From an uncultured Gemmatimonadaceae bacterium (lineage in GTDB: Bacteria > Latescibacterota > UBA2968 > UBA8231), in the NCBI GenBank assembly GCA_964591015.1, contig CAZPXM010000002.1:4342-68341 (forward strand): a DNA stretch of 64,000 nt. The letters run 5' to 3'. The notes beneath the pieces were generated by a model, which was not told the DNA's origin, ran no database searches, and worked only from the letters and a program-made list of their open reading frames with translations. Shown here one piece after another: positions 1-10,259 of this stretch; position 1 is the first letter of the stretch; every line of letters begins with the position of its first letter. The translations under genes and the position numbers were made by a program.

Positions 1-326
1 GCGGCGGCCAGGGGTTCGGCGACCGGATCGAGCTGCTGGTGGGGGTGGACCGCGGCGTCGAGAGGATCACCGGTCTGTACGTCCTCGAGCAGAAGGAGAC
101 GCCCGGTCTGGGCAACAAGATCGCCGACGCGCGCCTGTTCCGGAACCAGTTCGCCGGCAAGACGGCCACGCGCTACCTGGTGGTCACCAAGCAAGGCGCC
201 AAGACCGACTACGAGATCGACGCGATCACCGGGGCGACGATCTCCTCCATGGCAGTGTGCGGGATCGTGAACGAGACGCTGGGGCGCCTGCGCGCGGAGC
301 TGCTCGCGGCGCTCCCGAAGGAGTGA
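1..326 (+). CDS. rnfG: Rnf complex subunit G (FMN-binding), C-terminal part; gene begins upstream of the window
   Basis: The ORF carries the TGATISS FMN-attachment motif typical of RnfG/NqrC and the frame is open to the window edge. It is followed directly by rnfE, rnfA and rnfB. Confidence 0.8.
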   Translation, partial: GGQGFGDRIELLVGVDRGVERITGLYVLEQKETPGLGNKIADARLFRNQFAGKTATRYLVVTKQGAKTDYEIDAITGATISSMAVCGIVNETLGRLRAELLAALPKE

Positions 327-985
327 TGGGCATGCCAGACGCACGGACTGCCGCCGCCGAGACCAGCAGCGACGGGGGGCCCAGCGCGGCGGAGCGCTTC
401 CTCAACGGCATCCTGCCCGAGAATCCGACCTACCGGCAGATGCTCGGCATGTGTCCGACGCTGGCCATCACGAACGGCATGCGCTCGGCCATGACGATGG
501 CCGGGGCGGTGCTGTTCGTGCTGGTGTGCGCCAACGTCATGGTCAGCCTGATCCGCGGGCTGCTGAAGCCCCATCTGCGCATCCTGGTGTTCACGCTCAC
601 CATCGCCGCGTTCGTGACGATCGTCGACCGGCTGCTGGCGGCCTACATGTACGCGATGAGCAAGCAGCTGGGCCCCTACGTGCCGCTGATCATCGTCAAC
701 TGCATCATCATCAGCCGGTGCGAGGTGTGTGCCGCCAAGCAGTCGGTGCCGACTGCCATCGCGGACGCCGTCGGCCAGTCGCTCGGCTTCGCCCTCGGGT
801 TGGCCAGCATCGCGACCGTCCGCGAGATCCTCGGGGCGGGCACCTGGTTCGGGCTGCCGGTGCTGCCGGCGGCGTGGCCGGCCTGGGTGATCATGGTGCT
901 GCCGCCGGGCGCCTTCATCACCCTGGGGCTGTTGATGGGCGGGGTGAACTGGTTCCTGGCGAGGCGCCAGACAGCGCGGGGTTGA
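326..985 (+). CDS. rnfE: Rnf electron transport complex subunit E (polytopic membrane protein)
   Basis: The ATG at 326 overlaps the rnfG stop (TGATGG). The product is hydrophobic and matches the RnfE/NqrD family ([20 protein letters not shown] motifs). Confidence 0.85.
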   Translation: MGMPDARTAAAETSSDGGPSAAERFLNGILPENPTYRQMLGMCPTLAITNGMRSAMTMAGAVLFVLVCANVMVSLIRGLLKPHLRILVFTLTIAAFVTIVDRLLAAYMYAMSKQLGPYVPLIIVNCIIISRCEVCAAKQSVPTAIADAVGQSLGFALGLASIATVREILGAGTWFGLPVLPAAWPAWVIMVLPPGAFITLGLLMGGVNWFLARRQTARG

Positions 986-989
986 GGCC

Positions 990-1679
990 ATGGAATACCT
1001 GAGCTCCATCATCCTGATCGCGATCAGCGCCGCCCTGATCAACAACTTCGTCCTCTACTACTTCGTCGGCATCTGCCCGTTCCTCGGCGTCTCGCGGCGC
1101 GTGGACATGGCGTTCGGGATGGGCTGCGCGGTCACCTTCGTGATCTCGATCGCCGCCTTCCTGAGCTGGGTGCTCACGGCCTTCGTCCTGCGCCCCGGGG
1201 CACCGCTGGCCTCCTGGGTCTGGCAGCGGCTGAGTCCTGGCTCCGAGGGCGTGGCGGACCTGAGCATCCTCAACTACCTCGTCTACATCTTCGTGATCGC
1301 GTCGTCCGTCCAGTTCGTCGAGATGTACCTGCGCAAATTCTACCCGCCGCTCTACAAGTCCTTCGGCATCTATCTGCCGCTGATCACCACCAACTGCGCG
1401 ATCCTGTTCGCCTGCCTGGAGATCATGAAGCACGTTTCGGGCGTGCCGGCGGCCGAGATGTGGGATCTGGGGCGCGCGCTGGCGCTGGCATTCTTCGGCG
1501 GCGTGGGTTTCACCCTGGCCATCGTGCTGATGGCGGGCATGCGCGAGGATCTCGAGCTGTGCGACGTGCCGCGGGCGCTGCGAGGTCCCGCGATCGCCCT
1601 CATCGTGTCCGGCATCCTGGCCATGGCGTTCATGGGCTTCACGGGCGTGGACCGCAACCTCGCCGCCTTGCTGCGGTAG
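990..1679 (+). CDS. rnfA: Rnf electron transport complex subunit A
   Basis: A 229-aa polytopic membrane protein with RnfA/NqrE-like motifs ([29 protein letters not shown]), placed between rnfE and rnfB. Confidence 0.85.
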   Translation: MEYLSSIILIAISAALINNFVLYYFVGICPFLGVSRRVDMAFGMGCAVTFVISIAAFLSWVLTAFVLRPGAPLASWVWQRLSPGSEGVADLSILNYLVYIFVIASSVQFVEMYLRKFYPPLYKSFGIYLPLITTNCAILFACLEIMKHVSGVPAAEMWDLGRALALAFFGGVGFTLAIVLMAGMREDLELCDVPRALRGPAIALIVSGILAMAFMGFTGVDRNLAALLR

Positions 1680-1692
1680 GGAGACGGTAGCG

Positions 1693-2601
1693 ATGATCTC
1701 TGGGGAAGTGCTGGTGGCCGGGGGAGCTATGACGGTCCTGGCCGTGGCGGTCGCCTACGTGCTGGGCTGGGCGAACAAGACCTTCCACGTCGAGGTGGAT
1801 CCGCGCGTGGAGGCCGCCGTTGCCGCTCTTCCCGGCGCCAACTGCGGGGGCTGCGGCTATGTCGGCTGCAGCGAGTACGCCGAAGCCGTCGTGCTCAAGG
1901 GGGAACAGGTGACCAAGTGCACGGTGGGCGGCGCGAGCGTGGCCACGGCACTGGCGGGCCTCATGGGCGTGGAGGTGGGCGAGTCCTGGCCCTACCGAGC
2001 CGTGGTACACTGCGGGGCCACCACCGCGCAGCGGCTGCAGCGGCGCGAGTACCGCGGCGAGCAGAGCTGCGGTGCCGCGAACATGATCAGCGGCATCCAG
2101 GGGTGCACCTACGGCTGCCTCGGGCTGGGAGACTGCGTCGCGGCCTGCAAGTTCGGCGCCATCCACGTGTGCGACGGGCTGGCCACGGTAGACTACGAGC
2201 GTTGCACGGGCTGCGGGGCGTGTGTGCGCGCGTGCCCGCGCCACATCATCACGATGGTCCCCTTCAAGGCCGAGCGCATGCTGGTGGTGAAGTGCTCGAA
2301 CAAGGACACGGGCAAGGACGTCACCTCGGTGTGCACGGTCGGCTGCATCGGTTGCGGCATCTGCGCGCGCACGAACAAGCTGCTGCAGATCGACAGCGGC
2401 CTGGCCGGCATCGACTACGACCAGTACGACCCGGCCACCGCCGATTTCGCCACGGTCCTCAGCAAGTGCCCGCGGGAGAGCCTCGTGTGGGTGGGCAAGC
2501 CGACGCCCAGGGATCTGGCGGCGGTGGCGGACGAGAAGCTGCCCGATCGCGTCGAGGCGGATTTCAAGACGACCGTCGACGACGCCGAGTGGCGCGGCTG
2601 A
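1693..2601 (+). CDS. rnfB: Rnf complex subunit B (polyferredoxin with N-terminal membrane anchor)
   Basis: An N-terminal TM helix followed by multiple Cys clusters (CGGCGYVGC, CTYGCLGLGDCVAAC, CTGCGACVRACP, CIGCGICA), which is typical of RnfB. Confidence 0.85.
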   Translation: MISGEVLVAGGAMTVLAVAVAYVLGWANKTFHVEVDPRVEAAVAALPGANCGGCGYVGCSEYAEAVVLKGEQVTKCTVGGASVATALAGLMGVEVGESWPYRAVVHCGATTAQRLQRREYRGEQSCGAANMISGIQGCTYGCLGLGDCVAACKFGAIHVCDGLATVDYERCTGCGACVRACPRHIITMVPFKAERMLVVKCSNKDTGKDVTSVCTVGCIGCGICARTNKLLQIDSGLAGIDYDQYDPATADFATVLSKCPRESLVWVGKPTPRDLAAVADEKLPDRVEADFKTTVDDAEWRG

Positions 2602-2603
2602 GC

Positions 2604-2627
2604 GGCGCCGCGGGCCGCCGCGGCGCC
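2604..2627. terminator. GC-rich hairpin (10-bp perfect stem GGCGCCGCGG/CCGCGGCGCC, 4-nt loop) between convergent rnfB and the TonB receptor gene; candidate bidirectional terminator
   Basis: A perfect inverted repeat sits immediately after the rnfB stop, in a convergent intergenic gap. There is no U-tract, which is common in high-GC genomes. Confidence 0.35.
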
Positions 2628-2686
2628 TGCCGTGGCCCGCGCGGCCGGGGCGGTGTCCGGCAGGCCGCGCTCGGCCGGTCGGCGGC

Positions 2687-5038
2687 TCAGCGTTCGACCG
2701 ACCAGGTCACGAACACGCTCCGGCCCGGGGCGGTCAGGGGGGTGCCGCGCGACGTGGCCAGATGATCTCGGTAGGCCGCGTCCAGCGCGTTGCGCACGCC
2801 GGCCGTCAGGCGGTGCGCAGCGCCGCCCCACGCGATCCGCTCGAGGCCGGCGCTCACGCCGAGCGTCAGGTGGCCGCCGGTGGTGCTCTCGCCGGCAGCC
2901 ACGCGCCGCTGCGGCGCCGCCAGCTCGAGGTCGGCCGCCAGCCACCGGCGGTTGCCGCAGCGGGCTCCCAGCGAGCCGGTCAGCGGGGGCATCGCGGGCA
3001 GGGGCGTGTTCTCCTTTTCGTCGGTGCCGCGCACGGACGCGGCCGAGGCGGACAGCAGGACGTCCGACCGTGGCGTGTACCCGAGGCCGGCCTCCCACCC
3101 CCACAGCAGGGCTTCGCCGGCATTGGCCTTGCGCAGCGCCGGTCTGCCCTCGTACAGCGCCGGACGCTCGATGACCATGTCGAGGATCCGGTTGGCGAAC
3201 ACCTGGCCGGTGGCGCGCAGGCGATCGGACTGGGCGCTCAGCCCGAGTTCGGCGAACAGACCGTCTTCGCTGCGCAGCGCCGGATCGCCCCAGCGGACCG
3301 TGCTGCCCAGGTCGACGAACAGGAAGCGTTCCTCCAGGCTGGGGGCACGGAACGAGCGCGCCAGGTTCGCGTACCCCTCCAGATGCGTTCCGAACCGGTA
3401 GGACAGCCGCACCTGCCCGCTCAGCGAGTAGTCGGTCTCTGTCGCGGCGTCCCAGAGCACCGCCTCCGTGGCAGGCACGTAGGTCACGTAGGTCTTCTCG
3501 CCGGTGATCCGGATCCGGTCGATCCGCACGCCGGCGACGAGCGCAGCGCGGGCCGAGAGGGCCAGCTCGTCTTCGAGGTACAGCCCGAAGGGCAGGAAGG
3601 CGCTGTTGGGCAGCGAGCGGTCCTCGACGGCGGTCGTGCTGGTGCGCAGGACCGTGCTGTCGGGGGCCAGCACGGCGATCTCGGTCACGCGCCTGCGGTG
3701 CGAGCGCAGCCGCTTCTCCCAGGCATCGACCCCGAAGACGAGGGTATGCCTGCCTGTCCTGACGGTGTTGTTCCAGCGCACGCCGCGCGCGTCGTGGTCG
3801 GCGCTGGGCTGGATGAGCAGGGGGCGGACGCGCCGGAAGGGAGCCGTGGCGCTGGCGGGCAGATAGCTGACCGTGTGGGGGACGACCTCGACGCGGCGAT
3901 CGATCGTCTGTACGAACAGCCGCAGCTCCGACTGGCGCCAGGGGGCCTGCGGCCGCGTCCGGCTCCAGGTGATCTCGGCGAGCGTTCTGCGCGTGGCCGG
4001 ATAGGTGGCCGTCGCGGTGGCGGGGAATGCCGCGCCGCCGCCGGGGATGCCGACGTCGCGGGCCGCGAACCACTGGCAGCGCACCTCGGCCGTCTGGGTT
4101 TCGGTCAGGCGCACGCCAGCGTGGACGTGGCTCTGCCGGTCGGCGAACTGGCTGTTGGCCACGCGGCGGCCCGCTCCGTCCCGGTAGGAGCCATAGTCGC
4201 GGTAGGCCTGCGATCCCAGCAGGAAGAACCGCGGCGCGCCGACACTCGCGCGCGCGTAGCCGCTCAACCCGTGCGCGGCCGATTCGTAGCTGGCGGTGGC
4301 GGCGCTCGTCCAGCTGACCTGGGGGGCGAACCGGCCGCTGTGAGGAATCGCGTTGACGATGCCGCCCGTCGACCCGGTGCCGTAGAGGACGGACACCGGC
4401 CCCTTGAGCACTTCGAGGCGCTCCACGTCCGCGGGCGGCACCGTGCCGTACTGGGCGGCCAGTTCGGTGGTCGTCGAGACCCGGTTGCCGTTGACGAGGA
4501 AGACCACGTGCTCGCGGCTCAGGCCCCGGATATGGGGACGAGCGCTCCAGGGCATGTCGGTGCCCAGCCAGACCCCCGGCAGCGCGCTGGCGGCCTCGGC
4601 CAGACTGAGCAGCGGCCGCTCCGTGAGGTCGGCCGCGTCCAGTGCCCCCGCCGTGCCGCCCAGCGCGAGGCCGGCTGCCGCGCGGCCGCGGGCGGTGACA
4701 ATGACCTCGGGCATGGGCAACAGGTCGGGCTCGAGCCGCACGGCGAGGTCCAGCGAGTCGCCAGGCGCGACGGCCAGGTCCAGCGTCTCGGTGCGGTAGC
4801 CCACGTGCGAGAAGGTGGCCTGCTGGCGTCCAGCCGGGACGGCGCCCAGCGCGAATCTGCCCTGCGCATCGGTCACGGTGAAGAGGGGGAGCGGAGTGAC
4901 GAGCACGTGCACGTCCGGCAGGGGCTCGCCGGTGTCCTTGTCCACGACCCATCCGGAGACGGCGCCGGAGGTCCCGGCAGCCGCCTGGCCTGGCGAGAGG
5001 ATACCCGCCACGCAGAAGACGAGGATGCAGATCAGCAA
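2687..5038 (-). CDS. TonB-dependent outer-membrane receptor with N-terminal carboxypeptidase-regulatory-like domain
   Basis: The product has a signal peptide (LLICILVFCVAGILSPGQAAAG), a CarbopepD_reg-like start (GAVSGWVVDKDTGEPLPDVHV), a plug region (LEVLKGPVSVLYGTGSTGGIVN) and a long beta-barrel with a C-terminal aromatic. The start was moved to an in-frame TTG at 5038 so the signal peptide is N-terminal. The annotated long ORF (to 5170) overlaps the upstream gene. Confidence 0.75.
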   Translation of the reverse strand: MLICILVFCVAGILSPGQAAAGTSGAVSGWVVDKDTGEPLPDVHVLVTPLPLFTVTDAQGRFALGAVPAGRQQATFSHVGYRTETLDLAVAPGDSLDLAVRLEPDLLPMPEVIVTARGRAAAGLALGGTAGALDAADLTERPLLSLAEAASALPGVWLGTDMPWSARPHIRGLSREHVVFLVNGNRVSTTTELAAQYGTVPPADVERLEVLKGPVSVLYGTGSTGGIVNAIPHSGRFAPQVSWTSAATASYESAAHGLSGYARASVGAPRFFLLGSQAYRDYGSYRDGAGRRVANSQFADRQSHVHAGVRLTETQTAEVRCQWFAARDVGIPGGGAAFPATATATYPATRRTLAEITWSRTRPQAPWRQSELRLFVQTIDRRVEVVPHTVSYLPASATAPFRRVRPLLIQPSADHDARGVRWNNTVRTGRHTLVFGVDAWEKRLRSHRRRVTEIAVLAPDSTVLRTSTTAVEDRSLPNSAFLPFGLYLEDELALSARAALVAGVRIDRIRITGEKTYVTYVPATEAVLWDAATETDYSLSGQVRLSYRFGTHLEGYANLARSFRAPSLEERFLFVDLGSTVRWGDPALRSEDGLFAELGLSAQSDRLRATGQVFANRILDMVIERPALYEGRPALRKANAGEALLWGWEAGLGYTPRSDVLLSASAASVRGTDEKENTPLPAMPPLTGSLGARCGNRRWLAADLELAAPQRRVAAGESTTGGHLTLGVSAGLERIAWGGAAHRLTAGVRNALDAAYRDHLATSRGTPLTAPGRSVFVTWSVER

Positions 5039-6612
5039 GCGGGCCCTCCTCGCCGCCGGCAGTCCGGCGCCGCCGCCGGCGCGGCCCCCGAGCGCCGGGT
5101 CGCTCCGCCGCGCTCCCAGCCGCGCCCGGCCCAGGTCCAGGCGAGCTGCGCGGCAGCGGGCGGCCCGCACAGCCGATTCTCCAGCAGGCTGGCGCCCCAG
5201 ATGACGGCCAGCGTTACCGCCAGGTTCGCGACGACGTAGTAGTGCAGCGCCAGCGGTTCCACCGCGACGCAGATGTACGTGCTGGCGAGTGCGCCCAGGA
5301 GCGCGCCGGCCAGCGCGCTGCGCCGGTTGGCCCGCCGCGACAACAACCCCGCGAGGAACAGCGCCAGCAGCGGTCCGCCCATGGCGTTGATCACCCGGTT
5401 GGCGACCTCGAATACCGTGCCCAGGCGGCCGACGAACAGCGCCATCCCGGTGGCTGCCGCGCCGAACGCCAGCACCGCGCCGCGGCTGACCCGCTCCTCG
5501 GCTGGCGTGTCCGGCGCGCCGCCCAGCAGCCGTCGGTAGAAGTCCGCCACCACGGCGGCGGCGCAGGCGTTCATGCCGGAATCGGCACTGGACATCGTCG
5601 CGGCCAGCAGACCGGCCAGGACCAGCCCCGGAACGCCGGCCGGCAGCGACCGCACGAAACTGCTGAAGGACAGCATGGGCACCTGCCGGGCCTGCGGGTC
5701 CAGAGCCCTGACGGCGTGGCCGTGGATGGCGAAGCCGAGCAGCGCCAGCAGCAGCAGCGCGCCCATCGAACTGGCCACGTGGAGGCCGAAGCCCGTGCGG
5801 GCGTCGCGCAGCGTCCGCGCGGCCAGGTAGCGCTGGGTGAGCATCTGGTCAGCGCCGTAGCGGGCCAGGAAGGCGACGAACGTGCCCACCCAGCAACTCC
5901 ACAGCGTGATGCGCAGCGTCGGGTCGAGGGCGAATACCTCTGGCGCGAACGGGTGGAACGGACGCGCGAGGCCGGCGTCCAGCCCTTCGTGCAGCAGGCC
6001 GAGCATGCCTGCCGGATGGCGCGTGGCGGCCACGGCGATGGCGAGCAGGATGCTGCCGACGACGACGACGAACTGCGCGACGTCGGTGTACATGACGGCG
6101 CGCATGCCCCCCACCAGGGTGTAGGCGGTGGCCACGGCCCCGCTCAGGAGGACCAGGAGGCGATGGTCCAGCCCGCCCATCAGGCTCAGCGCCTTGCTCG
6201 GCACGTGGATGAGCAGGGCCATCCAGAGCAGGCGCCAGAAGATGAACAGCGCGCTCGCCGCCGTGCGCACCCGCACGTCGAACCGGTGCTCGAGGTACTC
6301 GTAGATGCTGTGGACCCCCATCGCCCGGTAGAGGGGCATGACCAGGCGAGTCACCGGCCAGGCCACCACGGCGAAGACCGGCAGGCACAGCAGCACATAG
6401 CAGCCGTACTGGGACACCTCGGCGGAGAAGCCGGCGTAGTTGACGGCGCTGAACGCCGTGGCCACGATGGACAGGCCCACGGGCAGCCAGTGCATGCTGC
6501 GGCCGGCGAGGAAATAGGCGGCGAACCCGTGGCTCTGCCGGCGCTGCCGCAGCCCCAGGACGAGCACGCCGAGGAGGTAACCCCAGAACGCGACGTGGTC
6601 CCAGACGCTCAT
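5032..6612 (-). CDS. Sodium:solute symporter family (SSF) transporter
   Basis: About 13 predicted TM segments with an SSF-like N-terminus (MSVWDHVAFWGYLLGVLVLGL...FLAGRSM). The upstream part of the 951-aa ORF lies out of frame inside the neighbouring kinase gene, so the start was set at the ATG at 6612. Confidence 0.7.
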   Translation of the reverse strand: MSVWDHVAFWGYLLGVLVLGLRQRRQSHGFAAYFLAGRSMHWLPVGLSIVATAFSAVNYAGFSAEVSQYGCYVLLCLPVFAVVAWPVTRLVMPLYRAMGVHSIYEYLEHRFDVRVRTAASALFIFWRLLWMALLIHVPSKALSLMGGLDHRLLVLLSGAVATAYTLVGGMRAVMYTDVAQFVVVVGSILLAIAVAATRHPAGMLGLLHEGLDAGLARPFHPFAPEVFALDPTLRITLWSCWVGTFVAFLARYGADQMLTQRYLAARTLRDARTGFGLHVASSMGALLLLALLGFAIHGHAVRALDPQARQVPMLSFSSFVRSLPAGVPGLVLAGLLAATMSSADSGMNACAAAVVADFYRRLLGGAPDTPAEERVSRGAVLAFGAAATGMALFVGRLGTVFEVANRVINAMGGPLLALFLAGLLSRRANRRSALAGALLGALASTYICVAVEPLALHYYVVANLAVTLAVIWGASLLENRLCGPPAAAQLAWTWAGRGWERGGATRRSGAAPAAAPDCRRRGGPAC

Positions 6613-6641
6613 CGGTCCCCGGCTCTGGCGCAGCGGCGGCT

Positions 6642-7796
6642 TCAGGCAGGCGCCGGCGCCGACGCCTGCCCCGGCGCCTTCCGCAGCGTCACGGTGAACG
6701 TGCTGCCCACTTCCGGTTCGCTGTGGACGGTGATCGAGCCGTCGTACAACGCCACCAGCTTCTTCACGATGGACAGCCCCAGGCCGCTGCCAAGCACGGC
6801 GGCGGTCTTCTCGTTCTTGATGCGGACGAACTCGCCGAAGAGCTTGCCGACCTCGGCGGGCGTCATGCCGATGCCGGTGTCCGCCACCGCGATCTGGACG
6901 TGCTGGTCCTGATCGGCAACGCGGACGGTCACCGAGCCGCCGCTGCGGTTGTACTTGACGGCATTGGAGATCAGGTTGTTGAGGATGATCTCGAGTTCGC
7001 CGCGGTCGGCGATGAGCTGCGCCTGCGCCGGCAGGTCGGTGGCCAGCGAGAGCTGGCGTCTGGCCGCCTCCGGCCCGGCGGTCTCGACTGCCGTGGCCAC
7101 CACCTCGCACAGGTCCACCGGCGCCAGCGTCCGCTGCTTGTTGCCCGATTCGATGCGAGTCAGGTCCAGCAAGTCGAAGATCAGCTTGCGCATGCCCTCG
7201 AGGCGCAGGAGGCTGCGGGCCACGATCGCGTCGTATCGGGCGATGTCCTCTCCCAGCGCCCTCTTCTCGATCAGGCGCAGATAGCCCTCCACGGCGGCCA
7301 GCGGCGCCTTCAGCTCGTGGCCGAGCACGCGGATGAACTCGAAGCGGATCTGCCGGCGCTCCTCGGCCAGACGCACGGCCTGGCGGTGGGCCAGCAGGTG
7401 GTGCGCCGCGCGCTGGACCGTGACGCGCAGCTCTTCGGGCGTGAACGGTTTGACCAGGAAGTCGAAGGCGCCGCGCTTGGTGGCCGTGATGACCGTCTGC
7501 AGCGAGCTGTAGGCCGAGATCATGACGGTCAGCACCTGCGCGCCGCGCTCGACGAGCCTGCTCTGCACCTCCAGCCCCGAGATGCCGGGAAGCTTGTAGT
7601 CGAGCAGGAGGATGTCGGGCAGCTCGGCCTCGGTGCGCGCGAGCGCCTCCTCGCCGCTCTCGGCCGTGGCCACCGCGAAGTCCACGGTGGCCTGCAGGTC
7701 GGGGAACTCGGCCACGTGCCGGCGCAGCGCGCGCTCGGTTCCCCGGCGCATGCCGGGCTCGTCGTCGCAGACCAGGATCCGGAGAGTCTCTGGCAT
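6642..7796 (-). CDS. Hybrid two-component protein: N-terminal receiver (REC) followed by HisKA and HATPase_c kinase core
   Basis: The receiver (MPETLRILVCDDEPG...LLLDYKLPG...KPF) precedes an H-box (HELKAPL) and N/G-boxes (NLISNAVKYN, DTGIGM, GSGLGLSIV). The start is the ATG at 7796, 24 nt after the upstream RR. Confidence 0.8.
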   Translation of the reverse strand: MPETLRILVCDDEPGMRRGTERALRRHVAEFPDLQATVDFAVATAESGEEALARTEAELPDILLLDYKLPGISGLEVQSRLVERGAQVLTVMISAYSSLQTVITATKRGAFDFLVKPFTPEELRVTVQRAAHHLLAHRQAVRLAEERRQIRFEFIRVLGHELKAPLAAVEGYLRLIEKRALGEDIARYDAIVARSLLRLEGMRKLIFDLLDLTRIESGNKQRTLAPVDLCEVVATAVETAGPEAARRQLSLATDLPAQAQLIADRGELEIILNNLISNAVKYNRSGGSVTVRVADQDQHVQIAVADTGIGMTPAEVGKLFGEFVRIKNEKTAAVLGSGLGLSIVKKLVALYDGSITVHSEPEVGSTFTVTLRKAPGQASAPAPA

Positions 7797-7819
7797 GGCC
7801 AGTCTCCGCGCGCAGGCGC

Positions 7820-8211
7820 TCAGTGCAGCAGGCGCCGGAGCTGCGCCAGCAGGGTTTCGAACCGCACCGGCTTGTCGAGGACCACATCGGCCTTGACCCA
7901 CGCTCTCTCCTCGGCGGTCACGGCATCGAAGTCGATCCCGGTCTCGCTGGCGACGGCCGTCAGCAGGATGACGGGCAGCTCCGGGCTCTGGCGCTTGAGG
8001 TGGTGCGCGAGCGCGAAGCCGGAGTCGTGCTCCTCCATCATCAGGTCGATCACGGCGGCATCCGGTCGGGCGCTCGCCGCCACCTGGCGGGCCTGCTTGT
8101 CGGAGTGCGCGGTGACCACCCGGTAGCCGGCGGCCTCGAGCTGGACCTGGAGCTCCAGCACCAGGTCCAGGTCATCGTCCACGACGAGTATCGTCTGCGC
8201 GTTCGGACTCA

Positions 8212-8212
<1 letters not shown>
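7820..8212 (-). CDS. Stand-alone response-regulator receiver domain (CheY-like, no output domain)
   Basis: A 130-aa REC (ILVVDDD...IDLMMEEHD...KP). Its start ATG overlaps the stop of the upstream HydS-like kinase (ATGA). Confidence 0.8.
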
Positions 8213-10218
<2,006 letters not shown>

Positions 10219-10259
10219 GGCCCTCCTCTTCCGGGGCGCGGCCAGCGCCCGCCGGCCCG

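Noticed and set aside
5038-5170. Annotated 5' extension of the TonB receptor ORF (start at 5170)
   Set aside because: The extension would place 44 Arg/Ala-rich residues before the signal peptide and overlap the upstream symporter gene. An in-frame TTG at 5038 gives an N-terminal signal peptide instead.
2415-5239. Long ORFs 2415-4952 (minus strand, 845 aa) and 2762-5239 (plus strand, 825 aa) overlapping the TonB receptor gene
   Set aside because: Their products are Arg/Pro/Gly/Ala-rich low-complexity sequence in alternate or antisense frames. This is typical of stop-codon-poor high-GC DNA. The TonB-receptor frame has coherent domain content.
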